Source: Styela clava
Lineage: Eukaryota
Length of the DNA stretch: 64,000 nucleotides
Reading direction: 5' to 3'
NCBI RefSeq assembly: GCF_964204865.1
Contig: NC_135255.1
Location: 15,500,001 to 15,564,000, forward strand
Positions 12,301 through 24,679 of the stretch are shown here, one piece after another. Under the pieces are notes generated by a model. That model was not told where the DNA came from. It did no database searches and saw only the letters and a program-made list of their open reading frames with translations. Positions within the stretch are counted from its first letter, which is position 1. Each line of letters starts with the position of its first letter. Both the position numbers and the translations under genes were made by a program.

Positions 12301-15010
12301 ACATATTTTTAGAAAGGTAAAAACCGAACGGATGGCCGATGAATCCTAATTATTTCACACAGATCAAAAGTGGAAATTTTGATTTATAAGCAGCGCCCGG
12401 CGACAACTCTGGAATTCAACTTAGCCGTCTTACTTGAATAAAAATAATCTAAAATGGGACTAATAGGGACACTGGATGAAGCCAAGTTTAAACATTTTAT
12501 AAATGGTAATCAATATCCTCATTGCATTGCATCTCGGAGATTCCATTTGAATATATATTTCTGCCCCGTTAAACCTTTTTCTCTCAGCATCAAGTAAAAA
12601 ATAATTGAAAACCTTCCATAAATGTATCGACGTCTTCCGTCACGGTGTCATTGTTGTCTATTTCTCTGAGATACTTTTTGCAATAATCATAAAATTTGAT
12701 CAACTCGTCATTGATTTCGACTGTGGGTCGAGTTTTTGTCGAATTTAAGTAAAGTCTATTGATGAAAGCATCAGCCGATTGTGTTGTTCTTCTTGTATTT
12801 GACGAAATGAATCTGAAATTAAATAAAATTAAATAAGAAGAATTTCTAGATGCAATAGCAAAGCTTGAACATCACTTAAAACATGTTCTCTTTTTTGTTC
12901 ACAGTGCGAGTTCATTTCTGATGATTTGAGCAAACGCATCAATGATTGTTCAGATAATTGTGCATCAAATAAAAAATATGATTAAAATTGAATTATTGTT
13001 ATCTATATAATGAATATTAGTTGTTCAATTTTTTACAATTCTCAGAATACATATCATATTCTCATACTAATTAATGCCGCTTTGAAATGTAGGCTGCAGT
13101 CAGTTACGCGATTAGTCCCATTATCCCATTTTCGATCATTTCGACAAATTTAGGTCGAGTTATTCGTGATATATTCTTAGACTGTACCTATGTTTTGTTG
13201 AGTCAAGGTTTTCTCCGGAAAAAATTTCTGGAAAAGTCTTAGAAAACCTTTGAGCCAATCCTTGTAGTTCCTGTACTCCTGTTACGGCAAGGTCTTTATG
13301 AAGACTCGGTACATGCCAATTCTTCCACTTCTGGATTTTCTAAATGTTACATATAAATATTTTCGAGATAATATTTGTTACTATAATGGAAAGACTGTTC
13401 GGCCGGATACTTATGTTACATGCTGGTTGATAAACTTGACCCGGTTGTGATTAATGCGCAATTAAAAAATGATTATTGTAGGGATTAGGCCAATGGTTCT
13501 CAACGTTTTTTTTTCAAGCAACCCAAATTTAAAAAAAATAATTTTGTAAAATCTCGCGACCAAAGAATATGCTCAGATGCTGAACAGCGTGTATTGCTCT
13601 TATGGCGTCAAAATTAAATGATCACCATGAAACAATCATTTTTACAGATTTAATTTCTCAAAAATTACTGAATGCGTACTTTGAATCCTCTTTTTTCTCG
13701 AAAATCTATTGCACGCCTTATAAGCTGGCTCGTCTAATGTATGAATGAGGTCGTGCTTTATTGCCTACCAGTACCGGTTGCGCCTGAAAGTCGCCTTATG
13801 TAAGAACAAAAATCCAATCTATAGCAATTTTTTGACAGACAGGGTGAAATGAAGACGTATGTTGTTGCGTTGAATTAAATTTTCAAAAGTTTATTCATAG
13901 CATTGCAACTATTGACTGAAAACACGCTTTACTTTCGGATTTATATAAAGCGGTAATAAATAAAGTTATGCCAAACTTTTCTCGATTCTGCATTGCATGC
14001 CCAGCTTATTACACCCTGGATTAGACAGATCAAGTCCATCATTTTAACCACTACGCCCTCACATCATCATGAACCATCACGTCACGTCCATGAAACATTC
14101 TGATTGTATAATATGACAAGTTCGCGAGACGGTTAAAATACCAATTTATTGACATGAAGCTTAGTAATTATTTCTCCACCTGTAAATCTTTTTGGCACAT
14201 TTCAGCATTTCCAGTAATGTTAACTTTCTTTGCAAGTTCTACAAATGACTCAAAAATATCCGTTTCATCTTCTCCCGGGTGCCTTGATCCATGTCGAATC
14301 AAAATTACAATACGCTCAGGGGTGCAATCTGAAATAAGAGCAGTGAGTGTTGAATGGGAGCATTACGACTCATTGCTTTGAAACGTGGTACTCTGAGGTA
14401 AATAGAATTCTGGTACATGTTTTGGTAATCATGCTGTATGTAACATATTAGGGGATCTTTTGTACAAAGCCACGGCCTACGCTCAAATTGAGAAATTTAG
14501 TAATTATCCAATTAGAAATGCAGATTGCGATGGAAATCTGAATTTTTAAATCAGTCCTAACCCCAACTTGTTAATTATATACTAATTTGTTATTTTAAAA
14601 AGTGGCGGTGGTGTTTTTTCTCAAATCTCACATTTCTGCATTAGTGGCGGGAGTTTGTACAAAAGATTCCATATCATACGTTTACAGAGAACTTGCAATG
14701 GGATACATCGCAAACAGCACAATATATATATATATATATATGTGTACAAGTTACTCGCGATGGTAAATAACATACGCTACATAAATAACATTTGGAAATT
14801 ATGATATATAAACTTACTCTTAGGCCTATCTTTATGAGATATATCTCCTCTCGTTGTTGTGTACAAAGTCTTTGTTTGATAATATTTGTAAGGATATTCA
14901 TCGTCGTTGTCAAAATCACTAGAGCAAAATCCATTGGCATGATTGCTGAAGTAACACATAGCAAGTACAACAAAAATTGAACATTCTACTACACGCGCTT
15001 TACAAACCAT
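9350..15010 (-). CDS. MINPP1: Multiple inositol polyphosphate phosphatase-like histidine acid phosphatase, 8 exons, ~494 aa
   Basis: Minus-strand exons 15010-14818, 14328-14180, 13339-13188, 12812-12613, 12209-12036, 11454-11243, 10859-10745 and 9639-9350 are all GT-AG and phase-consistent (1485 nt). Features: signal-peptide-like N-terminus, YQTKTLY, catalytic RHGSRHP, RTTQSADAF, IKFYDYC, WCKAFTKEDL, FEYGEDMDDY, FGHSTT, PGAANIAFVVYKC, IFLNEK. Confidence 0.88.
9884..10177. mobile_element. Non-autonomous hAT MITE in MINPP1 intron 7
   Basis: TIRs caggggcgggcaa / ttgcccatgtctg; TSD atctaaaa / gtctaaaa; gcgggcc subterminal repeats. Confidence 0.85.
13491..14018. mobile_element. Degenerate hAT element in MINPP1 intron 2
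   Basis: Ends caatggttctcaac / ttattacaccctg; TSD gattaggc / gattagac. Confidence 0.65.
14452..14670. mobile_element. MITE family C (GGATC termini)
   Basis: ggatcttttgtacaaa / tttgtacaaaagattcc; related copies at 10416-10607 and ~62874-63070. Confidence 0.7.
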
Positions 15011-16521
15011 TTCTATGGCTGGAAGATAAGGAACTACAGTTTATCGTGCCCACGGTAAAATATAGGCTAACTAAACTCAATCGAACATCATCGCTGAATC
15101 TACTTAGTGGCGTATCTAGGCCGATGTATACCAGTCATGGCTCGTGCCATGTGTGCCGTTTGGACAGGGATGCCAAAAAAACAGAAATTTGAATGGTAAA
15201 ATAATTTCGAATTGGAATTAATAAATATTCGTATTTTTACTTAAATAGTGTCGACAAGTATCTTAATTCAACAAAAGTCGTTAAAATTATCAGCTAGCGA
15301 TGAAGAGGGCGCATTTAAAGGATTCAATAGGGCGCAACTTTGCCATTTTATGTAGATGAGCCACTGAATCTACTTATAAAATTAATTTCATATCCTAACG
15401 ACATAAAGCGGTGTCGGCCGTTGGCTGAGACAGCACGAAGATTATTAATTTCTGAAGCTAGTATATATCCATTAGTATTTGACCACTTTTTTCACCTCCA
15501 CCCACTTTATTCAAGAAAGAAAATGAATTCTCACATATCGTATGACCAGTCGTGTATGTCAGCGACCCTCTTCAAATTCCTAAGTAGGTCAAGAAACTAT
15601 TGTCCGGTATATCGCTGAAACTGACTAGTTACGTATTCTATCCACCTCGCATTATCAAAAAAATGGATGAATTCTACGGTTCTCTTGTCCAGAAACACAT
15701 ACAAAATGTGCGATATACGTCAATGGCTTGCTTGGCTAAGCTTGCTTGCATCTGCTATCAAGTGGCGTTTTTGAGAATGTTGTCTAATTGTGCAATATGA
15801 TACAGTAATTGGGTTGTAATGACCAACCATTTTCGATTATTTTGTGAATAGACAGACCTACATCATGCCGGTTCATGACTTCACCAAATAATTTAATATT
15901 TGTTAAAAACGTATATCATATCATAATAATTATAATCGTGGAATATGATACAGTAATTGGGTTGTTATGACCATCCATTTTCTATTACTTTGTGAATAGA
16001 ACAACATCATTCCGGACTCTATATGGTGTTGTTGGATACGGTCAGCGGGCCGGTCAAAATCTCGTTGCGGGCAGGATCCGGCCCGCGGGCCGTATGTTGC
16101 CCACCCCTGGGTTAGCACGATGCACCACGCCGCCGAACCGTTGTGCGTTGTATCTTTTTCCATCTAATAATGTGGTCCGACGCATCATTCCTGAAAGTTG
16201 CCGATCGCCCTACTCTCAACGCACTGTTAGTGCGAGCTGGTAAAATAAACAATTGTCTTAGTGAACAACAATTGCGTTAGCACACTTGTTAAACAAACAA
16301 TATAAGGTCAAAGCAGAAAGCGTTGTAAACATTCCATAAACATAATCCATATCCACATAAACAGATTTATTATTTTGTCAACCAAAAACAAACAGTCATC
16401 AATACGAAAAAAATACATAACACAAATAAAATTGCTTTGGTATTGACTCAGAAAACTATTGGGGAAGAACATGTTTTATTGAGAACTCATTTACACAATA
16501 AAAGCTCTGTATGCTTTAGAT

Positions 16522-17271
16522 CAGTGGTTCCCAACAGTCGGTCCGTGGACCGGTGCCGGTCCGCGAGGCTTTTTTGCCGGTCCGCGGAAAATTTCATTCT
16601 GTTGTTTTTCTACCGTCTCAATCGCTTTACCGAAGCCGTAAAGATGAAGTTACGTTGGTTTATTACGCCATTTCTCTTCCGCCGTCATATTGCTGTTTGA
16701 TACGTGCGGGATTGCCCGGCGACGTCTTGGCGCCGAGTAATCATACTTTTCGGTTCATCGCGAATGCGCTCCGTCAAATCTCGCAAGATTCAGAAGCCTG
16801 GAAATCAGCATGCGTGCTTTTACCGTTCTGCATGATTTTCTTGATTAATAGGTCGAAGTTAAGTTGGTTTATTTATTACGCAATTTCTCTTCCACCGTCA
16901 TATTGGTGTTTGATAAGTGCGGTATTAATGGCCCGGCGACGTCTTGGCGCTGAGTAATCACACTTTTTGCTTTTTCGGTTCCGATTCATCGCGAAAGCGC
17001 TCCGTCAAATCTCGCACGATTCAGAGAATTGGAAATCAGCATGCGTGCTTTTCCCGCTCTGCATGCTTTCCTTGATTAATCCGAATAAAAGATTATGAAT
17101 ACTTCTTTGTTTAAACCAGAATCTATCAAGATAGACAGTATAATATTCCAGAGCGTCACCATGTGCATTTAATAAAGATTGGATGTCGAAGTATTTTTTG
17201 TAACCATCCGGCCCGCCGAGTACTTCATTTTCCCACATTTGGCCCGCCGACTAGAGAAGTTGCCCACCCCT
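16522..17271. mobile_element. hAT-derived sequence (probably chimeric) with an internal ~205-bp tandem duplication
   Basis: Left end cagtggttcccaac, right end gttgcccacccctg, no matching TSD; 16646-16849 repeated at 16856-17080. A further orphan hAT right end lies at ~16047-16109. Confidence 0.6.
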
Positions 17272-18943
17272 GTGCTAACCGCTAGGAATGCCATCGCCGC
17301 CGCACCTCTGATTACTCTGCATGGGTTCGCAGGTTCGAATCCAATTGCTGGACTCGCCGCCATAGGTTGGTTTACGTAACGGCTGATCCGTCACGACTTC
17401 CTCCAACATCAAGTTCATGCATCGGAAAACAATTAACTAACTAATCCCCATAACGGACATGGACTGGTAAACAAACGAGGCCGTGGAACTAGGGTTGGGA
17501 TTCCGGGAAATCGCGATCCCGAAATCCCGGGATTTAGACTGTTTTTTTCTATCCCGATCCCGCAATTATTTCCTAAAAATCCCGGGATTTTAGGGCTTTG
17601 TTATCAAGATTAGAAATCAAGATTAGATATTCTAACAAATTATAGGTTTGAGTGGAAGTGGAATTATTGTGCGAAATTTTTCTCAAATTGTACCAAGGAA
17701 TTATTACTTGACTAGTAGAATTGCCATTATTGACGACTTATTTAATCATAATTCGAGCTTTGCAGGGTTTTTATTCAATATTTAATACGGAAATAAAACA
17801 GCCACACTTTTGAAAAGTAAAATCAAGAAGATCAACTATCGTCTTCATAAATATCCGCATTCCGGCGTCAGAAATGATTGTATTTTGTAGCTCAAAATTG
17901 GGACAGTTAATTTACAAACGGTGACAAGAAAGATCAAAGCCGACCCAAAAGTTAAAAATCGGAATAAAATCCCGAATTTAACCCGATATTCGACAATTCG
18001 TTAAAATCATTCGATTCGATGAAAATATACTATTTTGCCCACCCTTGCGATCAGTAAACACGCCAGTCATCTGGCGAAACACGTGGCAGTCCAAACACTG
18101 ATGCAATGAAACTTAATAAAACCTTCATGAATTTAGTAAATTGCACTAGCCTACTTCACGAAAGCGTGGGGAAATTGACGATCATTCCATATCTCGAACA
18201 CAAAAACGGTTATCTTTCTTATGTGGTCTGAAGAGTCGAATAAGCGTCTCGACTTAGTAAATGCTATGATCTTTGCCATCAAATTATGCTCGGGTCTTGC
18301 GCGAACTTCATAACGTGAAAAGATACGTCCAGCTGTGAAAATTGTTTATAACTACTTTGAACCTATTTAGAGTTTTTAGCGATAATAATTAATTGCTGTA
18401 ATGAAATACAGTTTGTTTGCCACTTTCATTTCTATCGCAACTGCCGACAGTAACACTATTGAATGATTTTGGCAATGGGAAAAACATATTGAATTGTAAC
18501 AAAAATGACTTAGGTTGTGAAAAAGTAAGAATACATGCGATAATAATGAGTGCGTAACGTGGAACGGGGAAGGGCGAGCAAAACCGAAGCACGTGATCAG
18601 CGGTTACTTTGAAGACCACGTATTATTCGTGCGGCCGCGCAACTTTTACAATAATGTGAGGTGTTCCGAAGACCTCTCGTTTACAATGTAAGAAAACTGT
18701 TCTAATATCGTTAACTATTAACCATTTGTTCGCGTTCGACTATCGCATTCTTTATGGGTGGAAAATGTTCCTTTTTGTGATGAATGTGCCGCGAATACTT
18801 AAATAGCTAAATAGTGTACCGCTATATTAAATAAAGGTTGGGGTTTAAAAACTGGTCCCGAAATCCCAACCCTACGTGGAACGTCATATGATTAAGCCGT
18901 CTTATCGACTTTCCTGTCTACGGGATAAATACGTAAATCCTAT
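17272..18943 (+). mobile_element. tRNA-derived SINE, 5'-truncated and split by a hAT insertion
   Basis: 17272-17489 plus 18883-18943 are collinear with the reverse complement of the SINE at 19939-20282; B-box GGTTCGAATCC at ~17331. Confidence 0.8.
17490..18874. mobile_element. Non-autonomous hAT element (TAGGG termini)
   Basis: TIRs tagggttgggatt / aatcccaacccta; perfect 8-bp TSD cgtggaac; subterminal atcccg repeats. Confidence 0.88.
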
Positions 18944-19596
18944 CTTACAAAGCATGTGCTCACTCAATAATAAGGGGGAGATTTGTAAACCTGTATCGGT
19001 TCATAATCCAAATGATTCGCCAAGATGTTCAACATATTTTTAAAGAACTGTTATAATAATGGTGTTCCATTTTTGTTCTCCAGATCAACGGTTATTTAGC
19101 AGAATTATCTTCTTTGTCAATATTTTGTATGTTTTTCATTTCAACAAGGCAGTGAGTCGAAATAAAAACGTGGCAATTTGAAATACCGGTACGTATGCAA
19201 TTAAATAATGCATTTTTCATTTCTTTCCATTGCCTTGATAAAAAGTTGAAAGGAAAACAGAATTTGAGATCTCTGGAAATATATTCTAAAATTAGTTAAG
19301 GTGGTAGAGTATCGACAAAGAATTCATCCACGTCACCACGTGCCTCTTGCAGATAGCTCATTTTAGTCTCGTCTATTGCAGCTTATTCGGGACTAATTTT
19401 TGATAATTGCAACTAATGATAATTTAAGTATTTGATGTACGACTAATTTTTTGAAACACAATTGAAAACTGACAAATTGCACACAAAATCGCGAACACGG
19501 GTCGATTGTTTGCAACCATGTTTATTTGGATATCTGTCTTAGTGAAAGAGGTGACTGAGCGACTGCGTCAATTTCCGTTGTTGCGTCATCGTAGAC

Positions 19597-20476
19597 TAGG
19601 GTTGCCATACGCCATATTTTTCCTTGACATGTCCGGGATTTTAGTGGTCAAACTTGCGTAAGGGAGCAATTTCAAAAAATTCTTAAGTGTCAAGGGGTTT
19701 ACAGTGAATCCCTGCTACAAATCCTCAAATTTTCAGATATTTCGTCGCATTCAGATAATTGTAATAATGTCACATATAACCTGAATTTCCATCTGTAATC
19801 GGTATTTTGGTTGAACCATTTTATAGCCTTTTTGCTGATTATGGAGTCGAAATAAACTTATTTATTTTATTTATTTATAACTACCTTCACCTGTAGGCCT
19901 ACTTTATTCCATGCTAGGGTTTAGTTTTAGTCACTAGTGGATAGGATAGGATAGGATTTACATATTTATCCCGGGGGAGAGGAAAGCCGATGAGACGGCT
20001 TATCCATATGGCGAACCACGGCCTCTCGTCCGGTTATCATTCCAAGTCGGGTATGGGATTAGTTTTACTGTATTGTTTGTTTTCGGAAGCATGGACTTGG
20101 TGGTGGAGGAAGCCGTAACCGACCAGCGGTTACGTGAACCACCCAACGACGGCGAGGAGTCCAGCAATCCTCTCGCACATAACCGTCCCTGCATGGGATT
20201 CGAACCTGCGAACCCACGCAGAGTAATTAGAGGTGCGGTGGCGAGCGTATTCCTAACGCTTAGCCCGTTGAGCCACACCGCTAAAAATAGCAACAATTAT
20301 GATCCTTTCGTTTTGTTCCGTATTTATTCTATTCTCACGAGAAAGCGGAGACAGCTTGTGCCTTTGGATACATCGTGAATTTATACCATAATATAAGTGT
20401 TTTGGTTGCAAAATCGGTCAATGTGGCTCATTAATATTTTGTCAGGGATTTTGTCTTTTCAGATATGGTAACCCTA
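19597..20476. mobile_element. Non-autonomous hAT element (TAGGG termini) containing a SINE
   Basis: TIRs tagggttgccata / tatggtaacccta; perfect 8-bp TSD tcgtagac. Confidence 0.88.
19939..20282 (-). mobile_element. Full-length tRNA-derived SINE
   Basis: Minus strand reads agcggtgTGGCTCAACGGG (A box) ... GGTTCGAATCC (B box), then body and (ATCCT)n tail; second copy at 17272-18943. Confidence 0.85.
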
Positions 20477-20509
20477 TCGTAGACTTATTGCTGATTGGAC
20501 ATTTTTGCA

Positions 20510-23293
20510 GGGACGGACTAAAAGTAGGCACTTGCAAATTAGACACTTTTTTAGGCACTTATTTAGGCACTTTGGAAAAAAAGTAAAAAGGGCGTAATAC
20601 CTTTTAAAAACATAATTAATTAGTTAAAAATGGTCAAATTAAATGTTGAAAACGCAAATTGCAACGGGCAAACTCAATAACAATATTTAAAACGTAGTAT
20701 TAAAGGCAGTCGCACGCGCTTGGTCACCACATAAGCTAGGCACATATTTAGGCACTTCGAAAAATAAAGAAAATGGCAGTTATCACTAATAAAAGACAGA
20801 GACATAAACATATTACCCACACTGATTAGCCTGGGTAAATATCCAATAGATGCACTTGAGTCTAGTACTGGAATTTAGAAATAATAAATTGTTACCGTTA
20901 GGCACTTATTTAGGCACTCGGAAAAAAGGTGAAATGGACGTAGTAACTCCTAAAAAGGTAATGAATTAGTTCAAAATATTTAAATTAAATGTTGAACGCG
21001 AAAATTGCAACAGTTAAATCCAATAACGATTTTAAAAACGTAGTATTAAAGGGAGACGCACGCGCTCTGTCACCACGTATGCTAGGCACATATTTGGGCA
21101 CTTCGAAAAAAGAAGAAAATGGCAATTATCACTAATAAAAGACAGAGAAATGGAAATATTACCCACACTGATTAGCCTGGGTAAATATCCAATAGATGCA
21201 CTTGAGTCTAGTACTGGAATTTAGAAATAATAAATTGTTACCGGTAGGCACTTATTTAGGCACATCGAAAAAAAGGTGAAATGGGCGTAATAACTTTTAA
21301 AATGATAATGAATTAGTTGAAAATTGTCAAATTAAATATTGAACACGCAAATTGCAATATGTGAACCGAATAACAATATTTAAAACGTAGTTTTAAAAGG
21401 AGTCACACGCGCTCGGTCACCACATATGCTAGGCACATATTTAGGCAATTCGAAAAAAGAAGAAAATCGGAATTATCACCAATAGAAGACAGAGAAATAA
21501 AAATATTACCCACACTGATTAGCCTGGACAAATATCCAATAGATGCACTTGAGTCTCGTACTGGAATTTAGGAATAATAAATTGTTACCGGTGGGCACTT
21601 CGAAAAAAGGGTGAAATGGACGTAGTAACTCCTAGAATGATAATGAATTAGTTCAAAATATTTAAATTAAATGTTGAACGCAAAAATTGCAACAGTTAAA
21701 CCCAATAATGATTTTTAAAACTTAGTACTAAAGGGAGACGCACGCGCTCTGTCACCACATATGCTAGGCACATATTTAGGCACATCGAAAAAAAAAATGG
21801 GAATAATCACCAATAAAAAAAAGAAAATAAAAATATTAGTCAAAATGATTAGCCTGGGACTGGGTGAATATCCAATAGATGCACTTGAGTCTAGTAGTGG
21901 TATTTGAGAATAATAAATTGTTACCGGTAGACACCTTTTACCGTGTTTCCGCGAAATTAAGACAGTGTCCTATTTCAAATTTCTTCCTAAAATTACCACT
22001 AGGGCTTTTTTTCGGGGGATGTCTTATATTTTAATTTATCAAAAACAAAATTACAAAGTAAAGAATTACGATATTTTCAAATATGCAAAATATAAAAACC
22101 GATATCATTGGGTTTACTTGTTGCAATTTGCATATTAATTTTTTAATTTAAATATTTTAAACCAATTCATTATCTATTTAAAAGTTATTACGCCCATTTT
22201 ACGCATTTTTAGAAGTGTCTAAATAAGTGACTAAAAAGTGCCTACCGGTAACAATTTATTATTCTCAAATATCACTACTAGACTCAAGTGCATTCATCGG
22301 ATATTCAAATAGGCTAATTATTTTGACTAATATTTTCATTTTCTGTATTTTTATTCATGATAATTACCATTTTCTTTATATATCGAAGTGTCTAAATATG
22401 TGCCTAGCATGTGTGGTGACAGAGCGCGTGCGTCTCCCTTCAATACTACGTTTTAAAAATCGTTATTGGGTTTAACTGTTGCAATTTTCGCGTTCAACAT
22501 TTAATTTAAATATTTTGAACTAATTCATTATCTTTCTAGGAGTTACTACGTCCATTTCACCTTTTTTTTTCGGAGTGCCTAAATAAGTGCCTACCGGTAT
22601 CAATTTATTATTTCTAAATTCCAGTACTAGACTCAAGTGCATCTATTGGATATTTACCCAGGCTAATCAGTGTGGGTAATATTTTTATTTCCCTGTCTTT
22701 TATTAGTGATAATTGCCATTTTCTTTATTTTTCGAAGTGCCTAAATATGTGCCTAGCATATGTGGTGACAGAGCGCGTGCGTCTCCCTTTAGTACTACGT
22801 TTTAAAATCATTACAGTATTGGGATTTAACTGTTGCAATTTTTGCGTTCAACATTTAATTTAAATATTTTGAACTAATTCATTATCTTTCTAGGAGTTAC
22901 TACGTCCATTTCACCTTTTTTTTCGGAGTGCCTAAATAAGTGCCTACCGGTATCAATTTATTATTTCTAAATTCCAGTACTAGACTCAAGTGCATCTCTT
23001 AGATATTTACTCAGGCTAATCAGTGTGGTTAATATGTTTATTTCTCCGTCTTTTATTAGTGAATATGCCATTTTATTTATTTTTCGAAGTGCCTGAATAT
23101 GTGCCTAGCATATGTGGTGACCAAGCGCGTGCGACTGCCTTTAATACTGCGTTTTAAATATTGCTATTGAGTTTGCCCGTTGCAATTTGCGTTTTCAACA
23201 TTTAATTTGACCATTTTTAACTAATTAATTATGTTTTTAAAAGGTATTAAGGCCTACTACTAAGGCCATAAAGGCCTACTTTTAGTCCGTCCC
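20510..23293. mobile_element. Foldback-type (Mutator/FB-like) element: long modular inverted arms
   Basis: Termini gggacggactaaaagtaggc / gcctacttttagtccgtccc; perfect 9-bp TSD atttttgca (20501-20509, 23294-23302). Left arm has about four ~350-bp tandem units (to ~21935); right arm has about three and a half of the same units inverted (from ~22115). Confidence 0.92.
21940..22110 (+). mobile_element. Truncated end of a Tc1/mariner-pogo-like element in the foldback spacer
   Basis: Begins TA-ccgtgtttccgcgaaattaagac with an internal inverted echo ttttcgggggatgtcttat; no partner end found. Confidence 0.45.
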
Positions 23294-23299
23294 ATTTTT

Positions 23300-23900
23300 G
23301 CAGAAATAAACGGGGAAATTGATGTTGCGGCAAACATTTTCGAGGCCTTTGAGAAAATTGAGGCCTTCTTCTGCCTGATGTAATTTAGTAGTTTGTGGAC
23401 GCGTAGGACTTCTTAACTTGCGCCTAACATTGTCAGAATGCCGGATCACATTCGCATGGTGCTAGCTCACAGCATCACACTCGTGTGACGCCACACTCGC
23501 CATCCAAGTGATCCAACACTGTTTTTGTTAGGCCATCGATAGTTGTTAGGCCATATTGAGGTGACTGAGCTTGCTGTTGCATTTGCGTGGGATTATCAGC
23601 TATTAGGGTATATATATTATCAGAGCAACCAAGTATTTTTATGGAATAACGTTTATGAAGTGAATATAATAGTTGGTTCACCGCAGCTTGAGTGCGGGCT
23701 TGCTGGCTTGGGTAACTCATTTAAAATCGATATTATTTTACGTTTCGCTTGTTGTAGGAGTTGATGTGGCACATTCAGTAGAGACATTCCTGTCGAAATT
23801 TTGGAATAATTTATTAGAATATTGTGCGTGCTTCTTACTCTTTATATTTGCGCCGATTTGTTTGTTTAATTCTTGTGTGTAATGCTGCAATCGGTGAAAG
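23300..23900 (+). promoter_or_regulatory. Putative promoter and non-coding first exon upstream of APEX2/YLPM1
   Basis: Relatively CpG-rich, non-repetitive stretch directly after the foldback element, ending in candidate donors AAG|GTAAAA (GT at 23901) and AG|GTACGG (GT at 23911). TSS not known. Confidence 0.4.
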
Positions 23901-24679
23901 GTAAAATTAGGTACGGTAAATTATACTTATACTTATAAAATTACCAGATTCTGAGATTACTGAATTGTTTATATGGTGTACCGGTACCGGTACTCTAATC
24001 CATCAATTTTATTTTAGTAGACTACCGGTACTGCTGTACTAAATTGCATTTCTACGGAAACAAGGTTCTTGAAAAGCAGCCATCGATGTATGTCAGTATG
24101 TAGAGACTAACGTCTGAACGTATGTTTTACTAGGACTGAATATTTTTTATTGTCATAACACAGACACTGATTGCATTCAGGTGAAAGACCTGAAGATGGA
24201 GTTTGAAACTCCGCCAAACCTTTTACTGTTTTAGTTTAACTACTACAGTACTAGGCTATTATATTAGTGTGCAGAGAAAAGAAGAAAAATATTGGATTTG
24301 TATCAACTCCTAGCATACGGCTTGCGGTTATGTAAAACTGCATATGCAGTGTCCGATGTCACACATAGGGTGAGAATATATGGCAGACATTACGATATTT
24401 CACTCTTCAGCTATTTGTTCTAATTTAAGCCAGTACTGCATTAATAACCTTGAAACTAATTGTTCTATTTTCGTGACTATTCATTGTCTAATTAACTGTT
24501 ACTCAACTATTTGGTTCCAAGGTAAATTGAAATTTATAGGTAAAATACTGAAAATGTGAAATTAACATAGTGCAGTAGTGTTTCTGTGATTGATGAACTT
24601 CATCGAACAAGTATAGACTGACAGATAATATCTTCTCCTGCCATTACATTTGTAAATGTTATTTTTTTAGTTTTAAAAT

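Noticed and set aside
16437-17238. ORFs up to 134 aa
   Set aside because: Inside a hAT derivative with an internal tandem duplication; no recognisable protein motifs.
20190-20282. Functional tRNA gene
   Set aside because: A and B boxes are present but there is no cloverleaf, and it continues into a SINE body and tail.
20000-20378. ORFs 20000-20296 (-) and 20073-20378 (+), also 17169-17379
   Set aside because: They lie within SINE copies; chance ORFs in GC-richer repeat sequence.
20510-23293. CRISPR-like or purely satellite array
   Set aside because: Units are ~350 bp with no unique spacers, the context is eukaryotic, and TIRs plus a 9-bp TSD explain it as a foldback transposon.
23475-23882. 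Short ORFs in the putative promoter region
   Set aside because: Under 85 aa, overlapping on both strands, no recognisable motifs.
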